This document shows, in pieces, positions 18,290 through 27,580 of a stretch of 30,581 bases of DNA. Numbering within the stretch: position 1 is the first letter of the stretch; every line of letters begins with the position of its first letter. Origin of the DNA: Candidatus Poribacteria bacterium (GTDB taxonomy: Bacteria; Poribacteria; WGA-4E; UBA9662); the NCBI GenBank assembly GCA_046582655.1, contig JAYGDX010000085.1, forward strand, positions 1 through 30,581. Direction: 5' to 3'. The position numbers and the translations under genes were made by a program. A model generated the notes under the pieces. It searched no databases, was not told where the DNA came from, and saw only the letters and a program-made list of their open reading frames with translations.

Positions 18290-19843
18290 ATGATTAAACC
18301 AATTATTACCGCCGAAGATGCTGCCCAAATAATTGACAATGGAGATACACTCGTTATTGGAGGCAGTGGAGCCGGACATGCCGTTCCTGAGACACTGATC
18401 GAAGCCTTAGGGAAACGGTTTCAAGAGACACTTAAACCACGAGATTTGACAGTGGTTCACATTAGCGGCATGGGCGATCAGGGAACCAAAGGGTTAGGAC
18501 ACTTGGCTGATGAACGACTTATCAAGAGAGATATTGGAGGTCACTGGGGAATGTCGCCACCGATGGCTAAACTGGCTGTTGAAAATAGAATAGAAGCCTA
18601 TAATCTTCCCCAAGGAGCGCTTTCCTGTTTAATGCGTTGCATCGCCGCCGGCACACCGGGTTACGTTACCCATGTTGGGCTACATACCTTTGCTGATCCT
18701 CGAATTGAAGGAGGCAAACTGAACTCGTTGACACAAGAAGACTTGGTAGAGGTCGTTAAACTGCGAGGAAAAGAATATTTGTTATATCACAGTTTTCCCG
18801 TCAATGTGGCTTTCATTCGCGGTACTACTGCCGATGCGACCGGCCACATCTCCATGGAAGATGAAGCTGCCTATTTCGAAATGTTGTCAGTTGCACAAGC
18901 AACAAAGAACTCTGGTGGAACAGTTATCGCTCAAGTCAAAAGAGTGGTTGATAAAGGTAAAATCAATCCGCGTTTGGTTAAAGTCCCTGGTATATTTGTT
19001 GACGCGCTTGTCATTGATCCGGACCAGAAACAGACCTACCAGATTGACTATGACCCAGCTCTATGTGGCGAAAAACAGGGCGGATCGTTGAGTATGGAAA
19101 GCCTGCCTTTCGACGAACGTAAAGTCATTGTTAAACGTGCCGCCTTAGAGCTCTGTCCTAATGCTGTAGTCAATTTGGGATTCGGTATGCCCTTTGGTGT
19201 TGGTCGAATCGCTGAAGAGAACGGCGTGGCAGATCAGATTACCCTGAGTATTGAACAAGGGGGTTTAGGCGGCATTCCCGCTGGCGGGCTGGATTCGGGG
19301 GCCATGTACTATCCGACAGCAATCTTAGATCAACCCTACCAATTTGATTCTTATCAAGGTGGTGGTATTGACATCGCTTTTCTCTCCCACGCGCAAGTCG
19401 ACCAACATGGAAATGTCAACGTCAGCAAGTTTGGTAATCGTATCCCCGGTTGCGGCGGATTCATTGATATCTCGCAAAATGCCAAGAAAGTCGTTTTCTG
19501 CGGCACCCTTTCTGTTAAATCAGAACTCGAAATTCAAGATGGCGCACTGAAAATATTGAAAGAAGGCACCGCTGCAAAATTTGTAGATCAAGTGGAACAG
19601 ATAACATTTAGCGGTAGATATGCCAGCGAAACCGGACAGGAAGTTCTTTACATCACCGAGCGAGCAGTCTTTCAGTTAATTGATGGTAACGTTGTCCTCA
19701 AAGAAATCGCGCCCGGCATAAATATTGAAAATGATATTTTGGGAGCTATGGAATTTAAGCCGATCATTAAGCAAGTATCGAGAATGGATGAAAAAGTATT
19801 TACCGATCTCCTCATAAATTTCCCCAAATTCACATCAGTTTGA
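18290..19843 (+). CDS. Family I acyl-CoA:acetate/propionate CoA-transferase (YdiF/Pct-like, fused alpha-beta)
   Basis: IGGHW, IEAYNLPQG, VGLHTFADPR, VNLGFGMP, catalytic IEQG, GNVNVSKF, GCGGFIDI, YITERAVF. Likely start is ATG 18290. Confidence 0.93.
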   Translation: MIKPIITAEDAAQIIDNGDTLVIGGSGAGHAVPETLIEALGKRFQETLKPRDLTVVHISGMGDQGTKGLGHLADERLIKRDIGGHWGMSPPMAKLAVENRIEAYNLPQGALSCLMRCIAAGTPGYVTHVGLHTFADPRIEGGKLNSLTQEDLVEVVKLRGKEYLLYHSFPVNVAFIRGTTADATGHISMEDEAAYFEMLSVAQATKNSGGTVIAQVKRVVDKGKINPRLVKVPGIFVDALVIDPDQKQTYQIDYDPALCGEKQGGSLSMESLPFDERKVIVKRAALELCPNAVVNLGFGMPFGVGRIAEENGVADQITLSIEQGGLGGIPAGGLDSGAMYYPTAILDQPYQFDSYQGGGIDIAFLSHAQVDQHGNVNVSKFGNRIPGCGGFIDISQNAKKVVFCGTLSVKSELEIQDGALKILKEGTAAKFVDQVEQITFSGRYASETGQEVLYITERAVFQLIDGNVVLKEIAPGINIENDILGAMEFKPIIKQVSRMDEKVFTDLLINFPKFTSV

Positions 19844-19863
19844 GATCGGACCGCAATTAGGTA

Positions 19864-21108
19864 ATGATGAACAAAAAACTGACGATCATCTCTGCCATCC
19901 TGACTGTAGTAGCGATTGCATCAATCCTTTGGTATAGACTGTTTCCATCCGAACCAGTTTCTGAGCCCCATTATCAGGACTATCGGGCTCTGGACCAACC
20001 CCGTTTGATCCCCAAAAAAAACATATTAACGAATAAAACTATTGGTATTCTTTTTGTCGGTGATACTAGTTTTGGTGAGAATTATCATAACAGCAGCTTC
20101 TTCGAGAACAGGCAATACGATTTTTTTCTAGAAAAACTTACATTTTTATTAAACCAAACAGATTTTATCGTAGCCAATCTTGAAACCCCTATCACTAACC
20201 TGCCGAGTTCCTCGTTGGCCAGAAAAAAAAAGTATATTCATTGGACAGATATGCACAAGACACCGGAAACGCTGAAAAAACATAACATTCATCATGTCTC
20301 CTTAGCTAACAATCACACGATGGATTATGGATTGAAAGGGTTACAGCAAACGATGGCTGTTCTGGATAAACACCAGATCCAGTGGTTCGGGGCTGGACTA
20401 AACGCGTTTCAAGCCTCTCAACCATTATACCAAAGATTTACAATTGGCCAAAACACATTTCAGCTTATCGTAGTCGCTGGGTTTGAACATAGGAGCTATT
20501 ACAAAATGAGATATAACTATTACGCCACAGAAAACGCAGGTGGTGTAAACGGATGGAAACAGCAGAAAGCGATTGATCAACTTAGAACAATCCGGCAATC
20601 GAATGCTGAAGCGTTTATTGTTGCCTATCCACATTGGGGAAAGGACTATCGCTTCAAAACCAGAAAACAGACCAAGTTAGCCCATATCCTCATCGATGCT
20701 GGAGCAGATCTTGTCATTGGACACGGTGTTCACATGTTGCAGGAGATTGAAAACTACCGCGGACATTGGATCCTTTACAATCTGGGTAACTTTGTCTTCA
20801 ACTCGTTGGGACGTTACCAAAAAAGGGAAGTAGATCCGTTCAGCCTAACAGCCAAACTAAACATCTCTCATCAGAAAAATGGGCTGGCACTTGAGCTACT
20901 ATTGTATCCTATTTTTAGCGATAATCGCCTCTCTAACTACCAACCTCGTCCCGTAACAGAGAAGGAAATGGACAAGGTTCAAGACATTCTGTTACAACGA
21001 GGTTCACTGTATCTCAAACAGAACATGAGGATAGGAAAAGACGAAACCGGATTCTTTTTGGCATTCAATATTTGGCCTTTAGATACCAAAAATCAGGATC
21101 TAAGATAA
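19864..21108 (+). CDS. CapA/PgsA family metallophosphatase-fold protein, membrane anchored
   Basis: N-terminal TM, VGD, ANLETP, LANNHTMDYG, PHWG, GADLVIGHGVH, YNLGNFVF. Confidence 0.92.
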   Translation: MMNKKLTIISAILTVVAIASILWYRLFPSEPVSEPHYQDYRALDQPRLIPKKNILTNKTIGILFVGDTSFGENYHNSSFFENRQYDFFLEKLTFLLNQTDFIVANLETPITNLPSSSLARKKKYIHWTDMHKTPETLKKHNIHHVSLANNHTMDYGLKGLQQTMAVLDKHQIQWFGAGLNAFQASQPLYQRFTIGQNTFQLIVVAGFEHRSYYKMRYNYYATENAGGVNGWKQQKAIDQLRTIRQSNAEAFIVAYPHWGKDYRFKTRKQTKLAHILIDAGADLVIGHGVHMLQEIENYRGHWILYNLGNFVFNSLGRYQKREVDPFSLTAKLNISHQKNGLALELLLYPIFSDNRLSNYQPRPVTEKEMDKVQDILLQRGSLYLKQNMRIGKDETGFFLAFNIWPLDTKNQDLR

Positions 21109-21266
21109 TACTTAACTTATTGTATTTCTGATCAATACCGACTGCGCAAAGGCTATTAGGTGAGATATTTCTTTATTTGTCTTGCTCATCCGAGGCAACA
21201 AACATTACTATAATTATTATACAAGAAGTCTATTGATAAAATAGAAAGGGAAAGGAAGCCGCCGAG

Positions 21267-22088
21267 GTGACTAAATCTGCTTTAACCGAAGAGGAAAAAT
21301 GGTATTTCGATCTACACGGTTTTCTAGTCTTGAAAAGCGTCATAACACCTGAAAAGCTGAAACAGATGCTTGATATTATCCATAATTGGCTGGAGGTCGA
21401 TGAATCAGATCTACCGCTGCCAGTAACCAGAGGTCGTCAGGAACCGTGTAAAACGCACATTAATAATATCCAATACGGTCATAAAATCTTTCAGGACTTG
21501 GCCATGGATACTAAAATCCTGCGGGTTGTTGCTGGTTTGACCATGAATGCACCACGATTGTTTCACTATAATTTTACCATGATGACCAAGGATGACCAAG
21601 CAACAGGATCTTTCCATCGTGACGATAGCGGGTTTAAATTTCCGCCAGACTTTCGTAATCCACACAACGATTACCAATCAGGCAACGGTCAGATTTATTG
21701 CAGCCACCTTGCTACCTGGGTGGCGCTAACGGATGTTCCCACAAATACCGGTTTCTGTGTTGTGCCTGGCAGCCACAAATCCTCATTTCAAACACCAGAC
21801 AATTTACCAGTCAAACATGATCCGCCGACATCGGTTACAATCCCTCTTCAAGCCGGAGACGTAATTGCCTTTTCTACCAATCTGTTGCATGATGCCAGTC
21901 CGTGGATTGAGGACTATCCGCGTATGAACATTTTTCAACGATACCAACTCAGCGTTTATTTTAACGAAACAGGTAAGGGAGGATATCCTCTGGAAGAATA
22001 TCGGGATCAAATTTCCGATGAACAGTACGAACTAGAATCGTTATCGAAAGAAGAAAAGGTATCAGTCCGCCGAGCACTGGTTGGTTAA
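21267..22088 (+). CDS. Phytanoyl-CoA dioxygenase (PhyH) family Fe(II)/2OG enzyme
   Basis: FDLHGFLVL, HxD (FHRD), VVPGSHK, AGD...F...LLH, distal Arg (YPR). Confidence 0.92.
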   Translation: MTKSALTEEEKWYFDLHGFLVLKSVITPEKLKQMLDIIHNWLEVDESDLPLPVTRGRQEPCKTHINNIQYGHKIFQDLAMDTKILRVVAGLTMNAPRLFHYNFTMMTKDDQATGSFHRDDSGFKFPPDFRNPHNDYQSGNGQIYCSHLATWVALTDVPTNTGFCVVPGSHKSSFQTPDNLPVKHDPPTSVTIPLQAGDVIAFSTNLLHDASPWIEDYPRMNIFQRYQLSVYFNETGKGGYPLEEYRDQISDEQYELESLSKEEKVSVRRALVG

Positions 22089-22298
22089 TCCAGTCAATCA
22101 TCAATAATAGCTAGAAACTGAAGTACGCAGTCTCGGTAGTTGAGAACGCATCACTATATGCGAAAGTGCAATTGAGCTATGGGCTGTAGCAACTGTTTAG
22201 ATGGTGATAGACTACGTTCTGGAATTATGAAACTGGATCGCGAAACAGCCAGCACTGAATAACCATAATATATATTCCGAAAATCTGAATTTTGAGAG

Positions 22299-22891
22299 TC
22301 ATTGCTGGCAGAATATCCTGCTGGAGACTTTGTGATAACCGATAACTGAAATACCATTATCACTATGTACTTCAACAACAGCATAAGCATTATTTTTCTG
22401 CCCTATTTCCCCAATAGCTGCTGAAAGTATGTAGTAATGAACCCCATTAATGGGATTATGCTGTTGTCCTTGAAAAACCGTCAACACTTTTTCTGAGTTC
22501 TCTAGTATCTGCCTGACTTCCACCCAGAACGTGATAAATTCTCCCAACACCACCTTTAGAAGACACTTCCAATGGTGCGCAGGTAAGAAACTGTTAGTTC
22601 TCATTTGGTTGCATTGTCTTGATTTTTCAAATCACTCAGCTCTATTAGGAAACCAACCTTCTGTTTCTCTATTAAATCTACACACTCCTGCATCTTAGCT
22701 AGAGACTGGCGATTATAACGACTCCTTTTAGTATAAATATCGGCGTGATGAGAATCAGTCACTATACCAAAACGCAATTTAGGATTTGAATCAATAGTAT
22801 ATGAAGTTGAGACCATTGTGGCCTCGGCAATGCCTAACGTTTTCAGGAAGTCCCTTCGACTAATTTCTCATTCCGTGTTCTTTAAAGTCAC
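22299..22891 (-). pseudogene. Decayed Tat-exported calcineurin-like metallophosphoesterase
   Basis: Pieces in order: VTLKNTE*EISRRDFLKTLG (Tat motif), LRFGIVTDSHHAD (DxH), FLIELSDLK (decayed GD), *ELTVSYLRTI, frameshift, IYHVLG, then a jump to EVRQILENSEKVLTVFQGQQH (decayed GHxH) and NNAYAVVEV. Nonsense codons, frameshifts and an internal deletion. Confidence 0.85.
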
Positions 22892-23341
22892 CTCTTAGTT
22901 CCCAGTTATCGGCTTGGAAATTTTTACGGACAGAAAATACTGACTGTAATACAGAAAAAATGAGCTAAAGTGCCTACCAGGGCTAGAATTATGCCATGCC
23001 CAATAATGGACATCTGGTTTTCCAGAGGAAGGTTGCCCTTATTATATTGAGATTGTGAACTTCAGCAAGAATCTTCTAATTTTCACTCTGTAATATTTCC
23101 AAGTGTTTATATTAATTAAGAAATAAAATACGTCCGTTGTGTGTATTCCACACCCAAGGTAATGAAAAATCTTATTCAGTTTTAAGGCATTTATCTTTAT
23201 TCCCTTTGTCACCAGCGCAATCTGCTAGAATAGTTTAGTATCAGATAAACAGGTAAAACAGTGAGTACCAGGTTACATTTCGATCAACCCACTACTGATT
23301 ATTGCCGATCTATAAAACAATTTTTACATGAGAGATAATGA

Positions 23342-24412
23342 ATGGGAGAAAACGTGATTCATGTTCTTATTCTAAGTGATCAGAAACCAGGACACTATAA
23401 TCAATCATTGGGCGTGGTGGAACGTATAAATAATTGTCAACACCAAGTAATTAATGTTGCTTACCGAGGAAAATCACATGACAACTTGTTACGAATTGTA
23501 ACTTGTATCCTCGGTAGATACTCGCTGCCAGAAAAAATTATACAATTCTGCCTTCGATTAACACTATCTTCAAAAACTTTGAATGCGATTGCATCAATTC
23601 AACATATAGATCTAATACTATCAACGGGATCCTCTGTCGCTGCCGTCAATTTATTGTTAGGACAACTTTTCAACGCCCAAACGGTAACATGTCGACGCCC
23701 ATCACCAGTTGGAACCGATTTTTTTGACTTGGCAATTCTTCCACAGACCAGTTGGCCCAAGCAGGAAAAACCAAACCTTTGCCAAACAACTGGTGGGCCG
23801 AATCGCATTTCACCGGAGAAACTGAAAGATCAAGCAAAGCTATTAAGAAGAGATCTCAATATCTCATCATCAGCCACCATCGGTTTGCTTATTGGTGGTG
23901 GTGATCGGTATCATACAATTCGTCGACAGACTATCAGCAACCTGTTATACATATTGCGTAAACTGAGTCAAGAACTTGATCTGCAAATTTTATTAGCAAC
24001 TTCGCGTAGGACACCACCAACCATCAACAATCTTATTGCTGAAGAAATGTTAGACACACCAGTTTGCCCAATTTGTGTCCTAGCTGATCGTCAGAACAAA
24101 TATACAGTCACGGATATATTTTCGCTTTCAGATCTGCTGATTGTAACGGAAGACAGTTTCTCTATGGTATGTGAAGCAGCAAGCAGTGGAAGAAAATTAG
24201 TAATTCTTAGAGTAAATCGCAGGATATCGAAGAGTCCTAGACAGGACCTAGTTTACAACGAAATGGTGCAGATGGAACATATAAAATGGGTTCGCCTTGC
24301 AGAAATCAAAACAACCATTCCATCTTTGATAGAGCAGAAAATGGAAATTAAGCCATTGAGAGATTCAGATACGGCAGCTAACGCAGTCTTGCGGCTGTTG
24401 GACAGGCATTAA
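23342..24412 (+). CDS. ELM1/GtrOC1 family putative glycosyltransferase (DUF1022-like)
   Basis: LSDQKPGHYNQSLG, FDLAILP, G.PNRI, LLIGG, TSRRTP, VTEDSFSMVCEAASSG. Confidence 0.88.
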   Translation: MGENVIHVLILSDQKPGHYNQSLGVVERINNCQHQVINVAYRGKSHDNLLRIVTCILGRYSLPEKIIQFCLRLTLSSKTLNAIASIQHIDLILSTGSSVAAVNLLLGQLFNAQTVTCRRPSPVGTDFFDLAILPQTSWPKQEKPNLCQTTGGPNRISPEKLKDQAKLLRRDLNISSSATIGLLIGGGDRYHTIRRQTISNLLYILRKLSQELDLQILLATSRRTPPTINNLIAEEMLDTPVCPICVLADRQNKYTVTDIFSLSDLLIVTEDSFSMVCEAASSGRKLVILRVNRRISKSPRQDLVYNEMVQMEHIKWVRLAEIKTTIPSLIEQKMEIKPLRDSDTAANAVLRLLDRH

Positions 24413-24473
24413 CCCACACAAAACGTTCTTGTTTTCAATGAGATGATCTTGGGTCTTTTTGCAATTACAGTTG

Positions 24474-25277
24474 TTAGTAACCTAAGCTTCTTAAATAATC
24501 TCGCATATCTTTACTTCGTTTAACTTCACTTATGACATCCTCCATACCTGGAATCGGCTGACCAGGACAACACGTAACCCAGCGTCTAAAATTGATTTCC
24601 TCCAAAGTATCCATAATGCTGGGAAAGTCCAAGCTTTCCCCTGCACCAACATCTACCCAAACAGGTGAGTATTTGCCATCCTCGTCACGAGAAGTTGAGG
24701 AGTAATCTTGCAAGTGGATATAATTTAACTGTTGACGAAAATCCTTAATGGACTCGACGGGATCATAACCCCACAACTGTGAATGGGAAACATCAATGCA
24801 TAATTTAGCCTTGTCAAGTAGACTCATGTAGAGTTGCCAATCTTCAATTGAGTCGACCAAGCAATTGGTATGGATATGATAACTAAGTTCTAAGCCGAAC
24901 TGCGCCGCGTACTCAGCCCATTTCTCTGCTCCTTCAGCAGCCGATTTAATATCTGTTTTGCTAGCTCCTTCTTGCGGTTTAGATCCGTTCATAAACATGA
25001 AGCAATCCACCTCTACTTCGGCGGCATACTCCATACGCCGTTTATTGCGTTCCACGTTTTCCCAACCTTGGTTGTCCGGAGAACCAGCAGCAGTATAAAC
25101 AACCATAGGCATATCCGTATTTTTACAGATTTTTCTCAGCCGATTCGGCGGTCCCAACCAATCCAAAGGCAAACGGCCTTCCCAGCCATCCCAACCGGCT
25201 GCTTTCAATTCTTCCAATGCAGGCTCTAGATCTGGAGCTTTCCATCTTAAAGCACAATAGCTTATTTTGAATGACAT
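24474..25277 (-). CDS. Sugar phosphate isomerase/epimerase, xylose-isomerase-like TIM barrel (IolE-like)
   Basis: GWDGWE, YHIHTN, LCIDVSH, YIHLQD, VDVGAG..LDF..I...L. Confidence 0.85.
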   Translation of the reverse strand: MSFKISYCALRWKAPDLEPALEELKAAGWDGWEGRLPLDWLGPPNRLRKICKNTDMPMVVYTAAGSPDNQGWENVERNKRRMEYAAEVEVDCFMFMNGSKPQEGASKTDIKSAAEGAEKWAEYAAQFGLELSYHIHTNCLVDSIEDWQLYMSLLDKAKLCIDVSHSQLWGYDPVESIKDFRQQLNYIHLQDYSSTSRDEDGKYSPVWVDVGAGESLDFPSIMDTLEEINFRRWVTCCPGQPIPGMEDVISEVKRSKDMRDYLRSLGY

Positions 25278-25339
25278 TAATGTTTCCTTTACTAATCTTA
25301 ATTATGTTTATTCTACGGTTTATCATATCACGGATGGAC

Positions 25340-25733
25340 TTAGCGAATAAGATGTCCTAAACGTTCATTTCCTTACAGAACACTCGCAGAACACTCGAGA
25401 ACTGAAAATAAACCAGTTCGCGGTTCGCCCAGAGCGTATGTTTCACACCACGTACACAGGCTATCATGTCTCCTGGGAAGCCGTATAGCTTTTGTTATTC
25501 CTGTAGGAATACGCAATTCCACCTGTGGGTGATCAGCTATATAAATAGCCAGTACTTATCACTATCATGATAGTGAAGTTCGACCTCAGCGTTGGCAGGT
25601 AAACGATACTCATGGAAACTGGCAGGATCAACCGGATTCAGCAATTCTGTTAACAAATCATTAATCCGTTCTCGCTTGTATGTTGACTACGCAGATTATA
25701 AGGATCACTGACATGCTCGACAACTGATGGCAT
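25340..25733 (-). pseudogene. Multiply frameshifted cupin-domain gene
   Basis: MPSVVEH... / YKRERINDLLTELLNPVDPASFHEYRLPANAEVELHYHDSDKYWLF / IADHPQVELRIPTG / PGDMIACVRGVKHTLWANRELVYFQFSSVL / GNERLGHLIR*. Cupin motif 1 (HxH..E/K) and motif 2 (GD....G..H) are split over different frames. Confidence 0.82.
25376..25397. repeat. Perfect 11-bp tandem duplication (CAGAACACTCG x2)
   Basis: Direct reading of 25376-25386 and 25387-25397. Causes one frameshift in the cupin pseudogene. Confidence 0.9.
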
Positions 25734-25900
25734 ATTACGGCTCCATTCATTGATGCCATCATTATAATACAGACAAGGAAATTAAAGTAAACAAGAAAAA
25801 CTATTACGACTGTCACTCAAACATCTGACATAAAAACTGCTTGCCGTGAGTATGAAGTTTCAACTTAGTTGCTCTGCCTATCAATAATCTCCCGTTACTC

Positions 25901-25928
25901 TAGACAATATTACAAATAATGCTATGAT
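25901..25928 (+). promoter_or_regulatory. Possible upstream sigma70 promoter of the ABC pair
   Basis: TAGACA, 16 nt, TATGAT with TG extension. Confidence 0.4.
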
Positions 25929-25983
25929 ACGCGAGACCAATTCGTTGAATTAGAACCAGTCTCTCAGCGTAGTAGATTGAGAA

Positions 25984-26012
25984 TTGACATTATTTCAACT
26001 TCGTGATAGAAT
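25984..26012 (+). promoter_or_regulatory. Near-consensus sigma70 promoter of the ABC pair
   Basis: TTGACA (25984-25989), 17 nt, TAGAAT (26007-26012) with TG extension. RBS AGGAGGAG at 26028-26035, TTG start at 26040. Confidence 0.75.
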
Positions 26013-26039
26013 GCCATTATCTCAGTTAGGAGGAGAAAC

Positions 26040-26708
26040 TTGATAGAGCAAGGTCGGGGAACTGTTCGCCAGCAGATTGAACTCCCGTTTATGGAATCAG
26101 TCAAAATTAGCTTTCAAAGTCTGAGGATACGATTTTATCGATCAATCATCACCACTGCAGGGATCTCACTGGGCATTGCATTTCTAGTATCAGTCTTGAC
26201 AACAGCCGAAGTAAATTCCGAGATTGCAAAAGGAAGTGGTCAAGAGGAAATATTTTCAAATGAGGAAGAGGAAGAGGAAAAAGGTAAAGGATGGTTGGGA
26301 ATATCAACAAAACAACTGTGGTTAGTTACCATGTCACTCATTGTTTGTGTTGTTGGAATTGCTAATGCAATGTTGATGTCAGTTACAGAACGATTCCGTG
26401 AGATTGGTACCATGAAGTGTCTTGGTGCATTAGATGGGTTTATTGTAAGATTATTTCTGCTGGAATCGGCATTTCAAGGGTTTGTGGGCGCACTAATTGG
26501 TGCCCTGATCGGTGTTGTTGCATCAACACTCATTGGATTACGAAGTCACGGATGGAATGTAATTTGGGACTTCCCCTTGTTGCGTATTCTAACGATTTGT
26601 CTTATCTGCTGTGTAATTGGTATGTTTCTAGCTGTCATGGGGGCAGCATTCCCGTCATGGCGTGCAGCTAAACTACCACCTGCAGAAGCAATGAGAGTCG
26701 AAGTGTAA
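26040..26708 (+). CDS. FtsX/MacB-type (type VII) ABC permease, short form
   Basis: 4 TM segments. RS.ITTAGISLGIA, SVTERFREIGTMKCLGA, PSWRAAKLPPAEAMR. Confidence 0.92.
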   Translation: MIEQGRGTVRQQIELPFMESVKISFQSLRIRFYRSIITTAGISLGIAFLVSVLTTAEVNSEIAKGSGQEEIFSNEEEEEEKGKGWLGISTKQLWLVTMSLIVCVVGIANAMLMSVTERFREIGTMKCLGALDGFIVRLFLLESAFQGFVGALIGALIGVVASTLIGLRSHGWNVIWDFPLLRILTICLICCVIGMFLAVMGAAFPSWRAAKLPPAEAMRVEV

Positions 26709-26724
26709 AAGGAGAGATTCTTGG

Positions 26725-27474
26725 ATGAAGTCAAGTACACTTGGTCATAACGTTGTTGTCAAATCAGAAAAGGTTGTCAAAGAATATAGAATGGGGTCCA
26801 ATGTCGTTCGGGCTCTAAATGGCGTTGATCTTGAAATTATGCAGGGGGAATACATTTCATTGATGGGGCCATCTGGATCTGGGAAATCAACTCTCTTTAA
26901 TATGATTGGTGCTTTAGATCAACCAACTGAAGGTCAAGTGTTTATTGATGGGCAAAACACTTCAACACTCAGCAAATCACAAATTTCCTGGCTTCGATGT
27001 CACAAAATCGGCTATATCTTTCAGAGCTATAATCTGCTACATGTTATGACAGCTCTTGAGAATGTTACACTACCAATGATTTTTGCTGGTCTCTCAGCCA
27101 AAGAGCGTAATCAAAAAGGTGAACAATTGCTTAGTGAGGTTGGTCTTGGAGATCGAATTAATCATAGACCCGACGAACTTTCGGGAGGTCAACGCCAGCG
27201 TGTGGCTATTGCTAGAGCCTTAGCAAATGATCCATCCATTGTCCTTGCTGATGAACCAACTGCGAACTTGGACATGGTAATCGGTCGCGAGATTATCGAT
27301 CTGGTTAAGGCACTCAATGTTGAAAAGAACGTTACTATCATTTCAGCAACGCATGATTTGAAGATGCTTGATGTCTCAGATCGGATTATCGATATTCGCG
27401 ATGGAGTAATTGAGCGAATACGAAATAGAGACGAAATCGAAGTGCAAATTGGTGAAGTTGGCAGTGATCATTAG
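26725..27474 (+). CDS. ABC transporter ATP-binding protein (LolD/MacB family)
   Basis: GPSGSGKST, IGYIFQ, LSGGQRQRVAIARAL, LADEPT, ATHD. Confidence 0.96.
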   Translation: MKSSTLGHNVVVKSEKVVKEYRMGSNVVRALNGVDLEIMQGEYISLMGPSGSGKSTLFNMIGALDQPTEGQVFIDGQNTSTLSKSQISWLRCHKIGYIFQSYNLLHVMTALENVTLPMIFAGLSAKERNQKGEQLLSEVGLGDRINHRPDELSGGQRQRVAIARALANDPSIVLADEPTANLDMVIGREIIDLVKALNVEKNVTIISATHDLKMLDVSDRIIDIRDGVIERIRNRDEIEVQIGEVGSDH

Positions 27475-27527
27475 TCGCTAATCACCACCTCCATTCTATA
27501 CTTTTTATTGTAATTTCTAAGTAACAA

Positions 27528-27559
27528 ATAATGGGCAAGAGAATCTTTTTGCCCATTAT
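27528..27559. terminator. Probable bidirectional intrinsic terminator
   Basis: 11-bp inverted repeat ATAATGGGCAA / TTGCCCATTAT between convergent genes, with A/T-rich flanks. Confidence 0.65.
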
Positions 27560-27580
27560 ATTTGTACCCTCAGTTGCCGC

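Noticed and set aside
22170..22262. AMGCSNCLDGDRLRSGIMK resembling the APS-kinase LDGDxxRxGL motif
   Set aside because: One short motif with no P-loop or other collinear support. Could be chance.
22900..23340. 440-bp AT-rich gap, including a 29-aa hydrophobic minus-strand mini-ORF
   Set aside because: No RBS, RNA structure or homology recognisable by eye.
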